This document shows positions 49,422-62,945 of a stretch of 64,000 bases of DNA, piece by piece. A program made the translations under genes and the position numbers. Position 1 is the first letter of the stretch. Each line of letters begins with the position of its first letter. Origin of the DNA: Heterodontus francisci (taxonomy: Eukaryota); contig NW_027142279.1 of NCBI RefSeq assembly GCF_036365525.1, positions 372,001 through 436,000 on the forward strand, written 5' to 3'. The notes under the pieces were generated by a model that did no database searches, had not been told where the DNA came from, and worked only from the letters and a program-made list of their open reading frames with translations.

Positions 49422-50054
49422 CACAGTGACTGAGAGATGGCGCTGTTCAACAAAAACCCCAAAGGCAGCAGGATACACCTGTGGAGGGAAAAACCGTTCG
49501 GTGCCTCGACCTACTGTTCGCTTATGCAGAGTGACAGTGTTTATTACAATAAAAAGAGTTGAGTTATGATTGTAGTGACACACTAGATTTACAGGTACTG
49601 CCGAGGGTGCAATGAACGATTAATAAAGATGTCACGAGATCTCAGAATGTAACTATCAGGAATCAATGACAGTAATCTGGGTTTTTATGCACTGACACTG
49701 TGTTTACCTTCTCCACAGGGACAGCAGAGGGGGATCCTGGACCATGGACCGGGTAATGGCTTTGAGAAGGATTTAGTGAGAAAACTGAAAGAGCAGGAGA
49801 TCATGTAGATCCAGCTTGATATACATCAACAGGACAAGGACACCCACTTTGTTAGAGAGAGAAAGAGAGTGTATGTGTGTGTGAAAGAGAGAGTGATCTA
49901 GTGAGAGAGAGAGAGGAGAGTGAGACGAAAAACGACAGGTAGAGTTAAAGAGACTGAGACAGAGAGGGAGACAGAGATAGAGACAATGAGGGAAAATTAC
50001 TGGGATACATCTGGAGAATGAAGGATTATTTTTGGGATTGATCTGGGAGATTGA

Positions 50055-52730
50055 ATGGGGTCAGTGAGTGGAGTCAATGAGTGGAGTCAGTGAGTGGGAT
50101 CAGTGTGTGGGGTCAGTGAGTGGGGTCACTAAGTGGGGTCAGTGAGCGGAAGCAATAAGTGGAGTCAGTGAGTGGAGTCAGTGTGCATCGGCAGTGAGTG
50201 GAGTCTGTAAGTGGAGGAGTGAGTGGGGTCAGTGAGCAGGGACAGTGAGTTGATGTAGTGGTGGAGTCATTGAGCGGAGTCAGTGAGCGGAGGCAGTGAG
50301 TGGAGTCTGTAAGTGGAGTCCGTAAGTGGTGTCAGTGAGCTGGGACAGTGAGTGGAGGCAGTGAGTGGAGTCAGTGAGCGGATTCAGTGAGCCGGGACAG
50401 TGAGTGGAGGCAGTGAGTGGAGTCTGTGAGTGGAGTCCTTGAGTGGTGTCTGTGAGTGGGGATGGTGAGTGGAGTCAGTGAGCAGGGTTAGTGAGCGGGG
50501 TTGGTGTGCGGGGCCAGTGGGGAGTCAGTGAGTGGGATCAGTAACTGGGGTCAGTGAGCGGGGTTAGTGAGTTGGTTCAGTGCGTGGGGTCAGTGCGTGG
50601 AGTCAGTGAGTGGAGTCACTGAGTGATGTCACTCAGTGGAGTCAGTGAGTGAGGTCAGTGAGTGGAGTCAGTGAGTGGAGTCACTGAGTGGTGTCACTCA
50701 GTGGAGTCAGTGAGTGAGGTCAGTGAGTGGAGTCAGTGTGCGGGGTTAGTGAGCGGGGTCAGTGCGTGCGTACAGTGAGTGGAGTCACTGAGTGGAGTCA
50801 CTGAGTGGTGTCACTCAGTGGAGTCAGTGAGCGGTGTTAGTGAGCGGGGTCAGTGCGTGCGGTCGGTGACTGGAGTCAGTGAGTGGAGTCACTGAGTGGT
50901 GTCACTCAGTGGAGTCAGTGAGTGAGGTCTGTCAGTGGAGTCAGTGAGCGGGGTTAGTGAGTGGGTTCAGTGCGTGGGGTCAGTGCGTGGAGTCAGTGAG
51001 TGGAGTCACTGAGTGATGTCACTCAGTGGAGTCAGTGAGTGAGGTCAGTGATGGAGTCAGTGAGCGGGGACAGTAAGTGGAGTCAGTGAGCCGGGTTAGT
51101 GAGCGGGGTTAGTGAGCGGCATCAGCGAGTGGGGTCAGTGACCGGGTTACTGAGCGGGGTCAGTGCGTGCGGTCAGTGACTGGAGTCAGTAAGTGGAGTC
51201 AGTGAGTGGAGTCGCTCAGTGGAGTCAGTGAGAGAGGTCAGTGAGTGGAGACAGTCAATGGTGTCAGTGAGTGGAGTCAGTGAGTGGGGTCAGTGAGTGT
51301 GGATAGTGAGTGGAGTCAGTGTGTTGGGTCAGTGAGAGGAGTCAGTGAGTGGTATATGTGAGTGGGGTCAGTGAGTGATGACAGTGAGTGGAGTCAGTGA
51401 GTGGGGTCAGTGAGTGGGGTCAGTGTGTGGGGACAGTGAGTGGAGTCAGTGAGTGAGGTCAGTGAGTGGGGTCAAAGAGAGGAGTCAGTGACTGGTGTCA
51501 GTGGGTGGGGTCAGTGAGAGGTGTCAGTGAGTGGGGCCAGTGAGTGTGGTCAGTGAGTGGAGTCAGTGAGTGGTGTCAGTGAGTGGGGTCAGTGAGTGGC
51601 GACAGTGAGTGGAATCAGTGAGTGGGGTCAGTGAGTGGGGTCAGTGAGCGGGGTCAGTGAGAGGGGTCAGTGAGTGGGGTCAGTGAGTGGGGACAGTGAG
51701 TGGGGACAGTCAGCGGAGTCAGTGAGTGGAGGCAGTGAGTGGAGTCAGTGAGTGGAGTCCGTGAGTGGTGTCAGTGGCCGGGGACAGTGAGTGGAGTCAG
51801 TGAGCAGGGTTAGTGAGCGGGGTTAGTGAGCGGGGTCAGTGGGGAGTCAGTGAGTGGGATCAGTAAGTGGGGTCAGTGAGTGGGGACAGTGAGTGGAGTC
51901 AGTGGGCGGGATTAGTGAGCGGGGTTAGTGAGCGGGGTCAGTGAGTGTGGTCTGTGACCGGCGTTAGTGAGCGGGATCAGTGCGTGCGGTCAGTGACTGG
52001 AGTCAGTGAGTGGAGTCAGTTAGTGGAGTCTCTCAGTGGAGTCAGTCAGTAGGGTCAGTGAGTGGGGTCAGTGAGTGTAGACAGTGAGTGGAGTCAGTGA
52101 GTGGTGTCAGTGAGTGGCATCAGTTAGTGGGGTCAGTGAGTGTGGACAGTGAGTGGAGTCAGTGAGTTGAGTCAGTGAGAGGAGTCATTGAGTGGTGTCA
52201 GTGAGTGGGGTCAGTGAGTGGGGACAGTGAGTGGAGTCAATGAGTGGGGTCAGTGAGTGGTGTCAGTGAGTGGGGTCAAAGAGAGGAGTCAGTGACTGGT
52301 GTCAGTGGTTTGGGTCAGTGAGAGGAGTCAGTGAGTGGGGTCAGTGAGTGGGGTCAGTGAGTGGAGTCGGTGAGTGGGGTCAGTCAGTGGGGTCAGTGAG
52401 TGTGGACAGTGAGTGGAGTCAGTCAGTGGGGTCAGTGAGAGGAGTCAGTGAGTGGAGTCAGTTAGTGGAGTCTCTCAGTGGAGTCAGTCAGTAGGGTCAG
52501 TGAGTGGGGTCAGTGAGTGGGGACAGTCAGTGGAGTCAGTGAGTGGGGTCAGTGAGTGGGGTCAGTGAGTGGGGTCAGTGAGCGGGGTCAGTGAGAGGGG
52601 TCAGTGGGTGGGGTCAGTGAGAGAGGACAGTGAGTGGAGTCAGTGAGAGAGGTCAGTGAGTGGAGTCACTGAGTGGTGTCAGTGAGTGGGGTCAGTGAGA
52701 GGAGTCAGTGAGTGGAGTCAGTGATTGGGG
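50055..52730 (+). repeat. 13-bp G-rich minisatellite, paralog of 11700-14331
   Basis: Same unit and largely the same order of variant units. Confidence 0.95.
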
Positions 52731-52734
52731 TCTA

Positions 52735-52793
<59 letters not shown>

Positions 52794-54629
52794 ATATCTA
52801 CCTATTGCTCCATCTATCTATCTATTGTTCCATTTGTCTGTCCATCCATCGCTCTATCGATCCCTCCAGCTATCGATATATATCTCTATTGATCTATTTA
52901 TCTCTATTCACTCTGAAATCGATATATATTTGTCATCGATCGACTTATCTGGCTCTTATCTGTCTAAGTGTATATTCATCCCTCTGTTGTTTATCATATA
53001 TCTAACGTCATTGTTTACATCTCGCAGTTACATCAGTGATATATCATGATTTGCTATTTTGTTGATATTGTTGCATCTTCTTGTTCTCCTTCGATTCAGA
53101 TTATATCAATACAATATTAATGGTTAAAATGCTCCATCCATGTGATAAGGCTCTTTTCGTGAAGGTAGCCTCTACATTTTAAGAACAGATTACGAGTTGG
53201 GGTAAATGGGTTCATGATACTGTTGAAAGAATGGACGGAGGATTCTGACAAGGAGTTGCACAGAGCTCCCTATTCTACATGCCCCTGATGATTCATACTA
53301 TGCAAGTACGAGGCAACTCTCAATGGAACAGATTCCCAATTTGGCGGTTTTGAGCAACTGTTGACAATTGTTAACCAACTTGTCTTTCAGACATTCGGTG
53401 TCTTTTGAACAACTTTTAAAGCATCTGGGAGTTCGGCCCAGGCAAGAATTTAACCCTTCAATTCTCGTTTAGGAGACAGGGAAAATAAGTCTTTCTCTGA
53501 CTAAAACAAACAAGCCCCTTGATGCGTCTTCGATAGTTATAGAATCATACAGCACTAACCAAGGTCATTCGATCAATCGAGCCTGGCCTGGCTGTTCGAA
53601 ACAGTTACCCAAAATAAACAACATCATCCCTTGGCCGTGGGCTGCAAGAAGTACAGAATCTGTTACAAGCTGCTGGATAGCACATGAACTAAAGTAACCT
53701 GAGCTCAGACACTGGCCTGTGCTGGTAAAAACCAATTTGAACTAATTAATTTATGTGACAGACAAGGGAGAAATCACAGGAATAGAGCCTTATTTGGAAA
53801 CGGTGATATACCGGGGTCTTTGGGCCTGGGCCAATAAGGAGAAGATACGAACGAGGTGAGCAGGCCTAAACCAACAGGAAAGAGACAGCACAGTTTTGAA
53901 GAGATAAGAAAGAGAATAAGTATGGAGAATCTCAGGCATCGAGCCAGCGGGAAACTCCAGAGACCAACCATCGTGGAAATGGAAGACCCTGCGTGAGCAA
54001 CACGGTGACGACGTCAAAGTTAGAGAGATCAGAACGTCTGGCCAGCATCAGCTCTCCCCTTTCCGGGAATTATCGTTTGTTTTCTGTGACGAGGTCAGGG
54101 AAAGGTCAGAGGAACCTTGTGGGTGTGCTTGTCAATTCTAGCTAGCTTTGTTATTAACTGTATAACCCAATTTGAGTTGCATGCTTTTGTCTAACCAAGT
54201 GTATAAGCCTTATTCTTACATTGTACAACAACGTGAATAAAGTAACTTGATAGTTAAAGAAAGGACTGAGTTTTCTCCTCTTTGTACTAAGCCATTAACT
54301 GTCGCTGGTGGATTAGGTGGAGGGTGGCTCTCCTGTAACCCCAATATCCCAAACACCCAGCCTGAGTCTGAATTAAGAGGACGAAGTCCCACGTAACGGC
54401 CAGGATTAAGTGGGTGAAGGAAATAAAGGGGCCAAGGGGGAGTTGACTCCGTGCCATGGTTTACAATCCTGTTCCCATCTCTCTGCATCTCAGCCCATCA
54501 GCACCTCCTTCTATTCCTTACTCCCTCATGTCCTGATCTAATATCCCCCTTAAATGCATCTCCACTATTGGCCTTAACTTACTCGCTGTGGTCGCGAAAT
54601 TGAGCCCCCTGGTTCTAGACTTCTCAACC

Positions 54630-56357
54630 ACAGAATCACAGAATTGTTACAGTGCAGAAGGAGGTCATTCGGCCCACCGTGCCCGCACTGTCTCTCTGGA
54701 AGAGAAATTCCCTCAGTCCCACTCCCCTGCATTCTCCCCATAACCCTGCACATCCTTCCTTTCCATATAACTGTCTAATTCGCTCTTGAATGCTTCAATT
54801 GAACCTGCCTCCACCACGTTCTCAGGCAGTGCATTCTGGACCTTCACCACTCGCTGTGTGAAAAAGTTCTCCCTCATGTCACTTTTGCTTCCCTTACCAA
54901 ATACTTTAAATCTGTGCCCTCTCGATCCTTTCACGAGTGGGAAAAGTTTCTCTCCATCTACTCTGTCCAGATCCCTCATGATTTTGAAAACCTCCATCAA
55001 ATCACCTCTCAGCCTTCTCTTCTCCAAGTAAAACTGTCCCAACCCGTCCTTCCACTCTTAATGACTGAAATAAATATACACCTTGGCCCCTGTGCTCCTG
55101 CACCCCCTTTCGAGTTGTGCCCTTTATTCTCTGTTGTTCATCCGACCAAAATGAATCACTTCACATTTCACTGCATTGAACCTCATCTGCCACCTGTCTG
55201 TCCATTCCACCAACATGTCTATGTCCTTTTCAAGTTTGACATTATCCTCCTCACAGTTCACAATACTTCCAAGTTTCGTATCATCGGCAAACTTTGAAAC
55301 TGTGCCCTGTACACCAAGGTCTAGGTCATTAATATATATCAGGAAAAGCAAAGGTCCTAATAATGATCCCTGGGGAACTCCACTGCAAACCTTCCTCCAG
55401 CCCGAAAAAACATCCATTAACCACTGCTCTTTGTTTTCTGTCACTAAACCAATTTCGTATCCATGTTGCTATCGTCCCTTTTATTCCACGAGTTACAAGT
55501 TTTCTCACAGGTTTGTTGTGTGGCATTGTATCAAACGCCTTTTGAAAGTCCATGTATACCACATCCACAGCATTGCCCTCATCAACCCTCTCTGTTGCCT
55601 TCTCAAAAAAAATCCAGCAGGTTAGTTAAACATGATTTTCCCTTATGGAATCCATGCTGTCTTTCATTAATTAACTCGTCCATGTGACTATTGATTTTGT
55701 CCCGAATTATTTTTTCTAGAAGTTTCCCTACCACCAAAGTTAAACTGGCCTGTAGTTGCTGGGCTTATCTTTCCCCCTTTTTTGAATAAGGGTGTAACGT
55801 TTGAAATTCTCCAGTCCTCTGGCACCAGCCCTGAGTCTAAGGAAGACTGAAAAATTATGGCCAACGCCTCTGCGATTTCCATCCTCACTTCCATCATCTC
55901 ATCTGGTGCTGGTGCTTTATCCACTTTCTGGTCAGACAGCCAATCTAATACTTTCTCTGCACCCATTTTAAACACTCTAATGTCTGAATTACCTTCTCTT
56001 TCAACCAGAGGAAGCTTCTTACCTGCATCTCCCCTGTCTATCCCTTTAAGGACTTTGTAGGTTTCAATGAGATCACCTCGCATTCTTCGAAACTCTAGAG
56101 AATACAGGCCCAGTTTCCCAAATCTCTCTTCATAGGACAGACCCGCCATCCCGGGAACATGTCGGATGATCCTTCTTAGCACTCCCTCTATGGGAATAAT
56201 ATCCTTCCGAAGGTCAGGGGACCAAAACTGCACACAGCACTCCAGGTGCGGTCTAACCATGGTTCTATGCAATTGAAGCAAGACTTCACTACTCCTGTAC
56301 TCAAATCCTCTTGCGATAAAGGATAACATAACATTCACCTTCCTAATTGCCTGTTGA
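54630..56357 (-). mobile_element. CR1-clade LINE composite, paralog of 16385-18110
   Basis: Same RT fragments in the ORF track. Confidence 0.9.
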
Positions 56358-57215
56358 TGCTATATGTGAAGTTTCTACCTTCTGAAGCTCCTGCCAGGGG
56401 ATATCATTTCTCCCTAACTACTCTACCGAACGGCTGTACCTCCAGGGTTAAAGCATCCCATTAGCTTGCTCTGATCCAGGAAAACTGTCCCAGCTTCTCC
56501 AGTCTCTCCATATAACAACCGTCTCTCAACCATGGCACCATTCTGGTAAATGTCTCTTGAACCGTCACTGGTCCAAGGGTAACAATGGCTTAGTTGCAAT
56601 GTCACTGCGATAATAAGCCAGAGGCCTAGGCTGATGCCCAGTTTACACGGGTTCAGGCACCGGCACACCCAGTGCAACTTAAACTTGCCAATGGCCCAGT
56701 AATGTGCATAGCCCAGCTGCAGAATAGGTAAGGAGCCCAGTGCCACACAGATGGTGTTGCACCTACTTGCCTCAGGCCAGTGTTGCTTACAACGTTTGCC
56801 AGGAGACACACGGCATCGACCTCTGGCTATTCGGGGATGAAGGTGTGGATAATCTGGAATCCAGATGTCTATAAATTGGAAATCTACATGTGGCTAATGT
56901 GGGAATGCCGATAAGGCTCGTTGGGAATCTGGATATGTTCAATTGGAGAATTCTAATCAGTAAATTAAAAATTGAGTAACAGACACCCTTGTTGGGGATG
57001 TTAACAACACTTACTCCAGTCACTCAACCATCAGAAGCAACCACGTCCATTCTGATTGGTTGGGTGGTGGAAGGGGGCGTGTCCAACACTGCATCACTTC
57101 CTCATGCTCTTCATATTTTCCTCAATGATTTGTAAAGAGCAGGTTTGGACCCTCACAAGGCTTACACTCTGGTTCTCGCTGCTTTGCTTACTTCGAGAAC
57201 AGCTTCAAGGGGAAG

Positions 57216-57670
57216 ATGTATCAGTCATTGGCTCTGATAATCCTTTTTCACTGTGAGTGAGTCTGAAATACCAACATTTTCTCTCATAACCTTCCTATAC
57301 TCATTCCCCCTTCCTTTTAATTTCCTAGAAATCCCCTGTTTACTGAACTCTTCCTCTTCCCCACACTCTCCCAGGTGTGAACTCGCAGACTATCCTCCAG
57401 ACTCCTGCCGCTGTCTCCAGAGTTGTGGGGGAGGAAGTGGAACTGAAGTGCACTGTGGAGGGGAGCAGTACTCTTCCCTTGATCTGGTACAGACAATACC
57501 CGGGGAAGGAGCCTCAGGTTATGTTTTACTCCACGGGTACTAATCACAAAAGTCCAGAGAAGGCGGTGGACGGTTTCACTGCCGAGAGACCAACTAGCAC
57601 CCAGTTCAACCTGGAGTCCACCAGCCTGCGGGAGAATCACTCGGCCGTGTATTTCTGTGCCTGGAGTCTT
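57216..57670 (+). CDS. TRBV: TRBV30-like segment V13 (paralog of V5), apparently functional: leader 57216-57252, V exon 57375-57670
   Basis: One amino-acid difference from V5 in the V exon (WYRQ versus WYRL). RSS CACAGTG 57671-57677, 23 nt, ACAAAAACC 57701-57709. Confidence 0.92.
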
Positions 57671-59066
57671 CACAGTGACTCAGAGAGCTGGAGCAGGTCA
57701 ACAAAAACCCCAAAGGCAGCAGGAAACACCTGTTGGACATACAATAGCGCGGTATTTCCACTTGAATTGATGCAGGGCCATCATATTTTTGACAGTAAGA
57801 ATAGACGGGTGAGAATAAAATTGAGAGCACAGGTGCAGAGGCGAAGAGTCTGGCCTCTTTCTGTGCTGATAAGTTTTCTATCTTTCTATGAAAGATTAAG
57901 AAGGGTGGCACCACAGTGAGAGGTTTTAACTATCAGGAGAGAATATCAGAAAAACGATTGGGGTTTTATCCACTAACACGATGTCTTCTTTCACTCAGAT
58001 GATCAAACACACAACTCTCTTTGTTAGGAACAAAGGAAGAGGAGTAGGCCATTCAGCCCCTTTGTCCCCTTACATAGAAACAGGAGGAGATCATTCTGCA
58101 AATCTCGTATATCTGCTCTGCACCCTAATAAGGAGCCTCACATTCTCCCTTAAATGTGGTGGCCAGAACTGGACGCAATACTCCAGCTGGAGCCGAACCA
58201 GAGCTTTATAAAGGTTCACTGCTTTTGTACTCAATACCTCCATTTATGAAGATCAGGATCCCATCTGCTTTACTAACCACTCTCTCAACATGCGCTGCCG
58301 CCTTCAAAGATCGATGCATATGCAGCCTCAGGTCCACGGTTCCTTGCAAACTCTTTCAAAATCTGCCTTTTAGTCTATATTGCCTTTGCCTATCCCTTCA
58401 GCCAAAATGCATCACAGCGAATTTCTCCAAGAAGAGGGCCCTATAGGACCAGTAACACACAACTGCCTGGAAAACTGTTTATGAAGAATTCAGGAGGAGG
58501 TCTCTCAGTCTTTTAGAGCCTCTTACAAAGGAACATGAGGAGGCCAATTACTCCCCTGCCTCATTGCGCACAGACAGGAGGAGGCTATTGATCAATGTAG
58601 AGCTTGTTAGTAGGAATTGGAGAAGGGTACTTAGTCCCCCTTGAGCCTATTAGTATGAACAGGAGTAAGCCATTCAGCCCCATTGAGCCTGTTGCACAGG
58701 AGCAAGAGGAGGCCGATTCAGTTCCCCTCTCAGTCTGCACAGGTACAGGAGGAGGCCCATTCAGCCCCTCGAATCTGTTAAATAGGAAATGGGTGAGGCC
58801 ATTCAGCCCCATCGAGCCTGTTACATCTGAAGAGCCATCCACATGTGACAGTTTCGCTCAGGCTCTTGTATCCAATTGGGAAATCCAGATGTGGAAATCC
58901 GCGTTTCTGATTGGCAAATACAAAAAGAGCAATTGCGAATTGACAACCATGCTAATTCCGATTGGTTGAATGAGAGAAGGGGGCGTGACCAAACGTCCCT
59001 CACGACTTTGCTTTCCTCAATGGTTTGGAAAGATGACTTGATGAACAGGGAAAGGTCCAGTTAAAG

Positions 59067-59277
59067 ATGTATCTGTTACTGGGTCTGATGACCATCTCCC
59101 ACTGTAAGGAACTTTATCAAACATAATGCGACTTAAAAATCTTTCTGTACTTTATAATTTCCTTCGCTCCTTCAGTCCTCCCTTCCATTCTTCTTTCTCG
59201 ACAACCCAGAGTGTGCTGGTGTCCTTTTCTCTTTCCCAGATGTGAACTCACAAACTATCCTCCAAAGTCCCGCCACT
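59067..59277 (+). pseudogene. TRBV: V relic V14 (paralog of V6): intact leader 59067-59103, truncated V exon from 59240
   Basis: Same deletion junction CCACT|ACCTGTGG as V6; donor GTAAGG intact. Confidence 0.8.
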
Positions 59278-60835
59278 ACCTGTGGGAGATAAAGTTGCGC
59301 TGTACAGCGACTTGATTTTTGTGCAGGGCGATGGAGTTTGTGACAATAAGAAGGGACCCGTGAGAATAAAAGTGAGAGAATAAATATAGAGGCACTGGCA
59401 AAGATGTCACTAATAGCCTGCTTATGTTTCCTAAAACCTTCTGTCTGTCTATGAATGATTAACGGGGATGTGACCCAAATTGAGAAGATGTAAATATCAG
59501 GAAGGAATGATCACTAAAAACATTTAGGTTTCATCTCCTGACACTATCTTCATTCTCCACAGGAACAGCAGAGAGCGCTCTAGGACCGTCAAACACACAA
59601 CAGCCTGCTCCCTGCTTATTCAGGACACAACATAGGAACATAGGGGATAGGAGAAGGAGTAGGTCATTTGGCACATCGAACCGACTCATGGCTGATCATC
59701 TACCTCTGAGCCATTTCCCCCCCCCCCCACTATCCCCATCTCCCTTGATGTCATTAGTATCTAGAAATCAATCGCTTTCTGTCTCGAACATGCTCAATGT
59801 AGTCAGCTTCCAAAGCCCTGTTGGGTAGAGAATTCCAAAGATTCACAACTATCTCAGTTAAAGAAATTCCTCCTCATCTCAGTCTTAAATGGCCTGCACC
59901 TTATTCGGAGACAGTGTATCCTGATTCCAGACTGAACACGCTATCCACATTCGTCGTGTCACGTCTTGTCAGAATTTTGTAAGTTTCAATGCGATCACCT
60001 CTTATTCTTTGGAACTCCAGAGAATACAGACCCAGTTTCTGTAATCGCTCCTCCTAAGACAAACCCGCCATGCCAGGGATTATTTTGGTGAATCTCTGCT
60101 GCATTCTCTCCATGGCAAGTATGTCCTTCCTTCGATAAGGAGAACAAAACTGTACACAATACTAGAGGTGCTGTCCCATCAAGGTTCTATACAATTGCAA
60201 CAAGACATTTTTACCCCTGTACGAAATCCCATGGCAATGAAGGCCAGCATACCATTCGCCTTCCGAATTGCTTTCGGCACCTTCATATTAGCTGTTAGTG
60301 TTGTGAGTTCATAATGTTGTTTGATGCAACATATATGAGATGCGTGGAGTCCAGTTGGATGAAGATCATAAACAAGTTTATTTACAGCTGAACTATCATA
60401 CACAGTACTGAGCTAACTTTTTACAGGACCTGCCTGTAGGTGCTACAGTTACAGAGTGACTCTGGCACAGAGTCACGTGAACACGTGCTGGAATTTAGCT
60501 CATTAGCATCCTAAGATCTTAAAGGGACATGAGAGAGAGACAGACAGACAGAGAGACAGAGGGAAAGAGAAAGATTAAATCCAACGAATACAACAACTAC
60601 TTCAGGAAAAACACCAACAAATGCAGCAACAACTTCAGCAGAAGACGAAGAGCAACAAACGCAACAACAACTTATACTTGCAGCCAAACATAGAGACAGG
60701 GGCGTGACTTCCAAGCAGGGAGGGAGAAGTTGTGCAAACCTAAATCACTGACTTCAGTCTTCATGTAGCTGCTCACAAGACTCAAAGCTCTTGTTTCGCT
60801 GATTTACAGATTACAAACACAGCTTCCAGTGGAAG

Positions 60836-61289
60836 ATGTATCTGTTACTGAATCTGATAGCGTTATTTCAATGTAAGGGATCTTTTCCTCACGTAACTGT
60901 TCGTGTTGACAATCACAACAGCGGCACAGTGGCGCAGTGGTTAGCACTGCAGCCTCACAGCTCCAGGGACCCGGGTTCGAATCTGGGTACTGCCTGTGTG
61001 GAGTTTGCAAGTTCTCCCTGTGTCTGTGTGGGTTTTCTCCGGGTGCTCCGGTTTCCTCCCACAAGCCAAAAGACTTGCAGGTTGATAGGTAAATTGGCCA
61101 TTATAAATTGTCACTAGTATAGGTAGGTGGTAGGGAAATATAGGAACAGGTGGGGATGTTTGGTAGGAATATGGGATTAGTGTAGGATTAGTATAAATGG
61201 GTGGTTGATGGTCGGCACAGACTCGGTGGGCCGAAGGGCCTGTTTCAGTGCTGTATCTCTAATCTAATCTAACATTTATCTTTCCGCAG
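60836..61289 (+). pseudogene. TRBV: Orphan V leader V15 (60836-60872, paralog of V7) with a SINE in its intron
   Basis: Identical leader MYLLLNLIALFQ|GTAAGG; acceptor TTCCGCAG ends at 61289. Confidence 0.7.
60921..61270 (+). mobile_element. Full-length V-SINE (HE1-like)
   Basis: A and B boxes, V-domain, CR1-like tail and (AATCT)n end; absent at the paralogous site near 23105. Confidence 0.9.
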
Positions 61290-61297
61290 TGCTCATT

Positions 61298-61508
61298 TCC
61301 CACTTTCAGGGGGAGCAGTAGATGGAGGTGCAGCTCTCATTGCCCACCAACAGAGGGCAGCAGTAGATGGAGTTGTAGCTCTCAGTGCCCACCAACAGGG
61401 AGCAGCAGTTGATGGAGGTGCAGCTCTCATTGCCCACCAACAGGGGGCAGCAGTAGATGGAGGTGCAGCTCTCATTGCCCACCAACAGGGGGTAGCTGTA
61501 GATGGGAT
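61298..61508 (+). repeat. 45-bp CTCF-motif repeat, about 5 units, paralog of 23135-23520
   Basis: Same unit. Confidence 0.85.
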
Positions 61509-62906
61509 TTCAGCAACAAGAACATGAAACGTCAGAAACCCTCAGTGCATCAGGCAGGATCTGCAGAGATAAAACAGAGTTACCGCTTCACATCAGAACC
61601 GGCAAACATGAGAAGCGCAATAGGTTTTGAGCAACTTAAATGAATGTTTGAGAGTGAAGGAATGCAAAAAAGGCAGTCTGTGATCGGGTGGGGTGGGGAG
61701 GGGAGGGACAGACAGAGAGATAGAGGGGGAAAGGGAGAGATAGAGAGGCAGAGAGAGAGAGAAAGGCAGAGAAAGAGACACATAGAGAGAGGAACACAGA
61801 GACAGAAACCCACAAAGATGGAGAGAGAGAGTCAGATAGACGGAAATCGAGTAATATAGTATTTGAAAAAGAGAGACAGAGTGAGGCAGAGAGACAGAGA
61901 TCGAGGGACTGCGAGAGACTGAGAGAGAGAGACAGACAGAGACAGAGAGAAAGGCAGAGAAAGAGATACATGGAGAGAGAAACACGGAGACAAATACCCA
62001 CAGAGACAGAGAGAGAGAGACAGATAGATGGAGATCGAGTAATATAGCGTTTGGAAAAGATAGACAGAGTGAGGTAGAGAGACAGAGATGGAGTGACTGA
62101 GAGACAGACAGAGAGAGAGAGAGAGAGGCAGAGAGAGAGAGAGAGACAGACAGAGAGGGAGAGAGAAAGTAGGCAGAGAGAGAAAGTAGACAGAGATAGA
62201 GTGAGATAGTTGACGCACAGAAAGAGAGACAGAGTGAGGTGGTGAGACAGATAGAGTGATAGAGAGAAAGAGCGAGAGGCAATCAGAGACAGTGAGAGAC
62301 TGGCAGCCAGAGCGAGAAAAAAGAACATTAGAGACAGGCAAAGAAATAGGAGGAAAAGGATAGAAAGAGTAAAGGGAGGAAGGAAAACAGAGAACAAGCC
62401 AAAGAGGCAGAGAGAGAGAGACAGGGACAGAGCGAGAGAGAAAGGAAGAGAGAGAGAGACTAACAGAGAGAGAGACAAACAGAGAAACAGAGGGAGGGAG
62501 AGACAGAGCGAGAGACAGATAGACAGAGAGAGACAGTAGACAGAGGCCGAGTAAAATAGTGTTAGGCACAGACAGACAGACAGATGTGGTAGTGAGTCAG
62601 ATGGAGAGACAGAGACATAGAGAGATACAGAGAGAGAGAGAGGCAGACAGAGACAGTGAGAGAATGAGAGGCAGAGAGAAGTGAGAACGTCAGAGACAGG
62701 CAAAGATAGAGAGAGAGAAAGGAGAGAAAGTGTAAAGTGAGGAAGGGAAACCGAGAACAAGACAAAGAGGCAGAGAGAGACAACGATGGAGAGAGAGAGA
62801 AAGAAAGAGAGAGAGAGAGAGAGCGACGCACAGAGAGACAGAGGTAGACAGAAAGAGAGAGGGAGCAGCGAGAGAGACAGAGGGAGGAAGAGAGAGAGAG
62901 AGAGAG

Positions 62907-62945
<39 letters not shown>

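Noticed and set aside
49679-49705. GGTTTTTAT..CACTGTG as a J- or D-type RSS (also near 11327 and 42472)
   Set aside because: The spacer is about 7 nt or shorter and no FGxG or splice donor follows.
202-57709. Germline-joined V(D)J genes as found in shark Ig clusters
   Set aside because: Every full V exon ends at an unrearranged heptamer, and I found no fused V-J or heptamer-heptamer signal joint.
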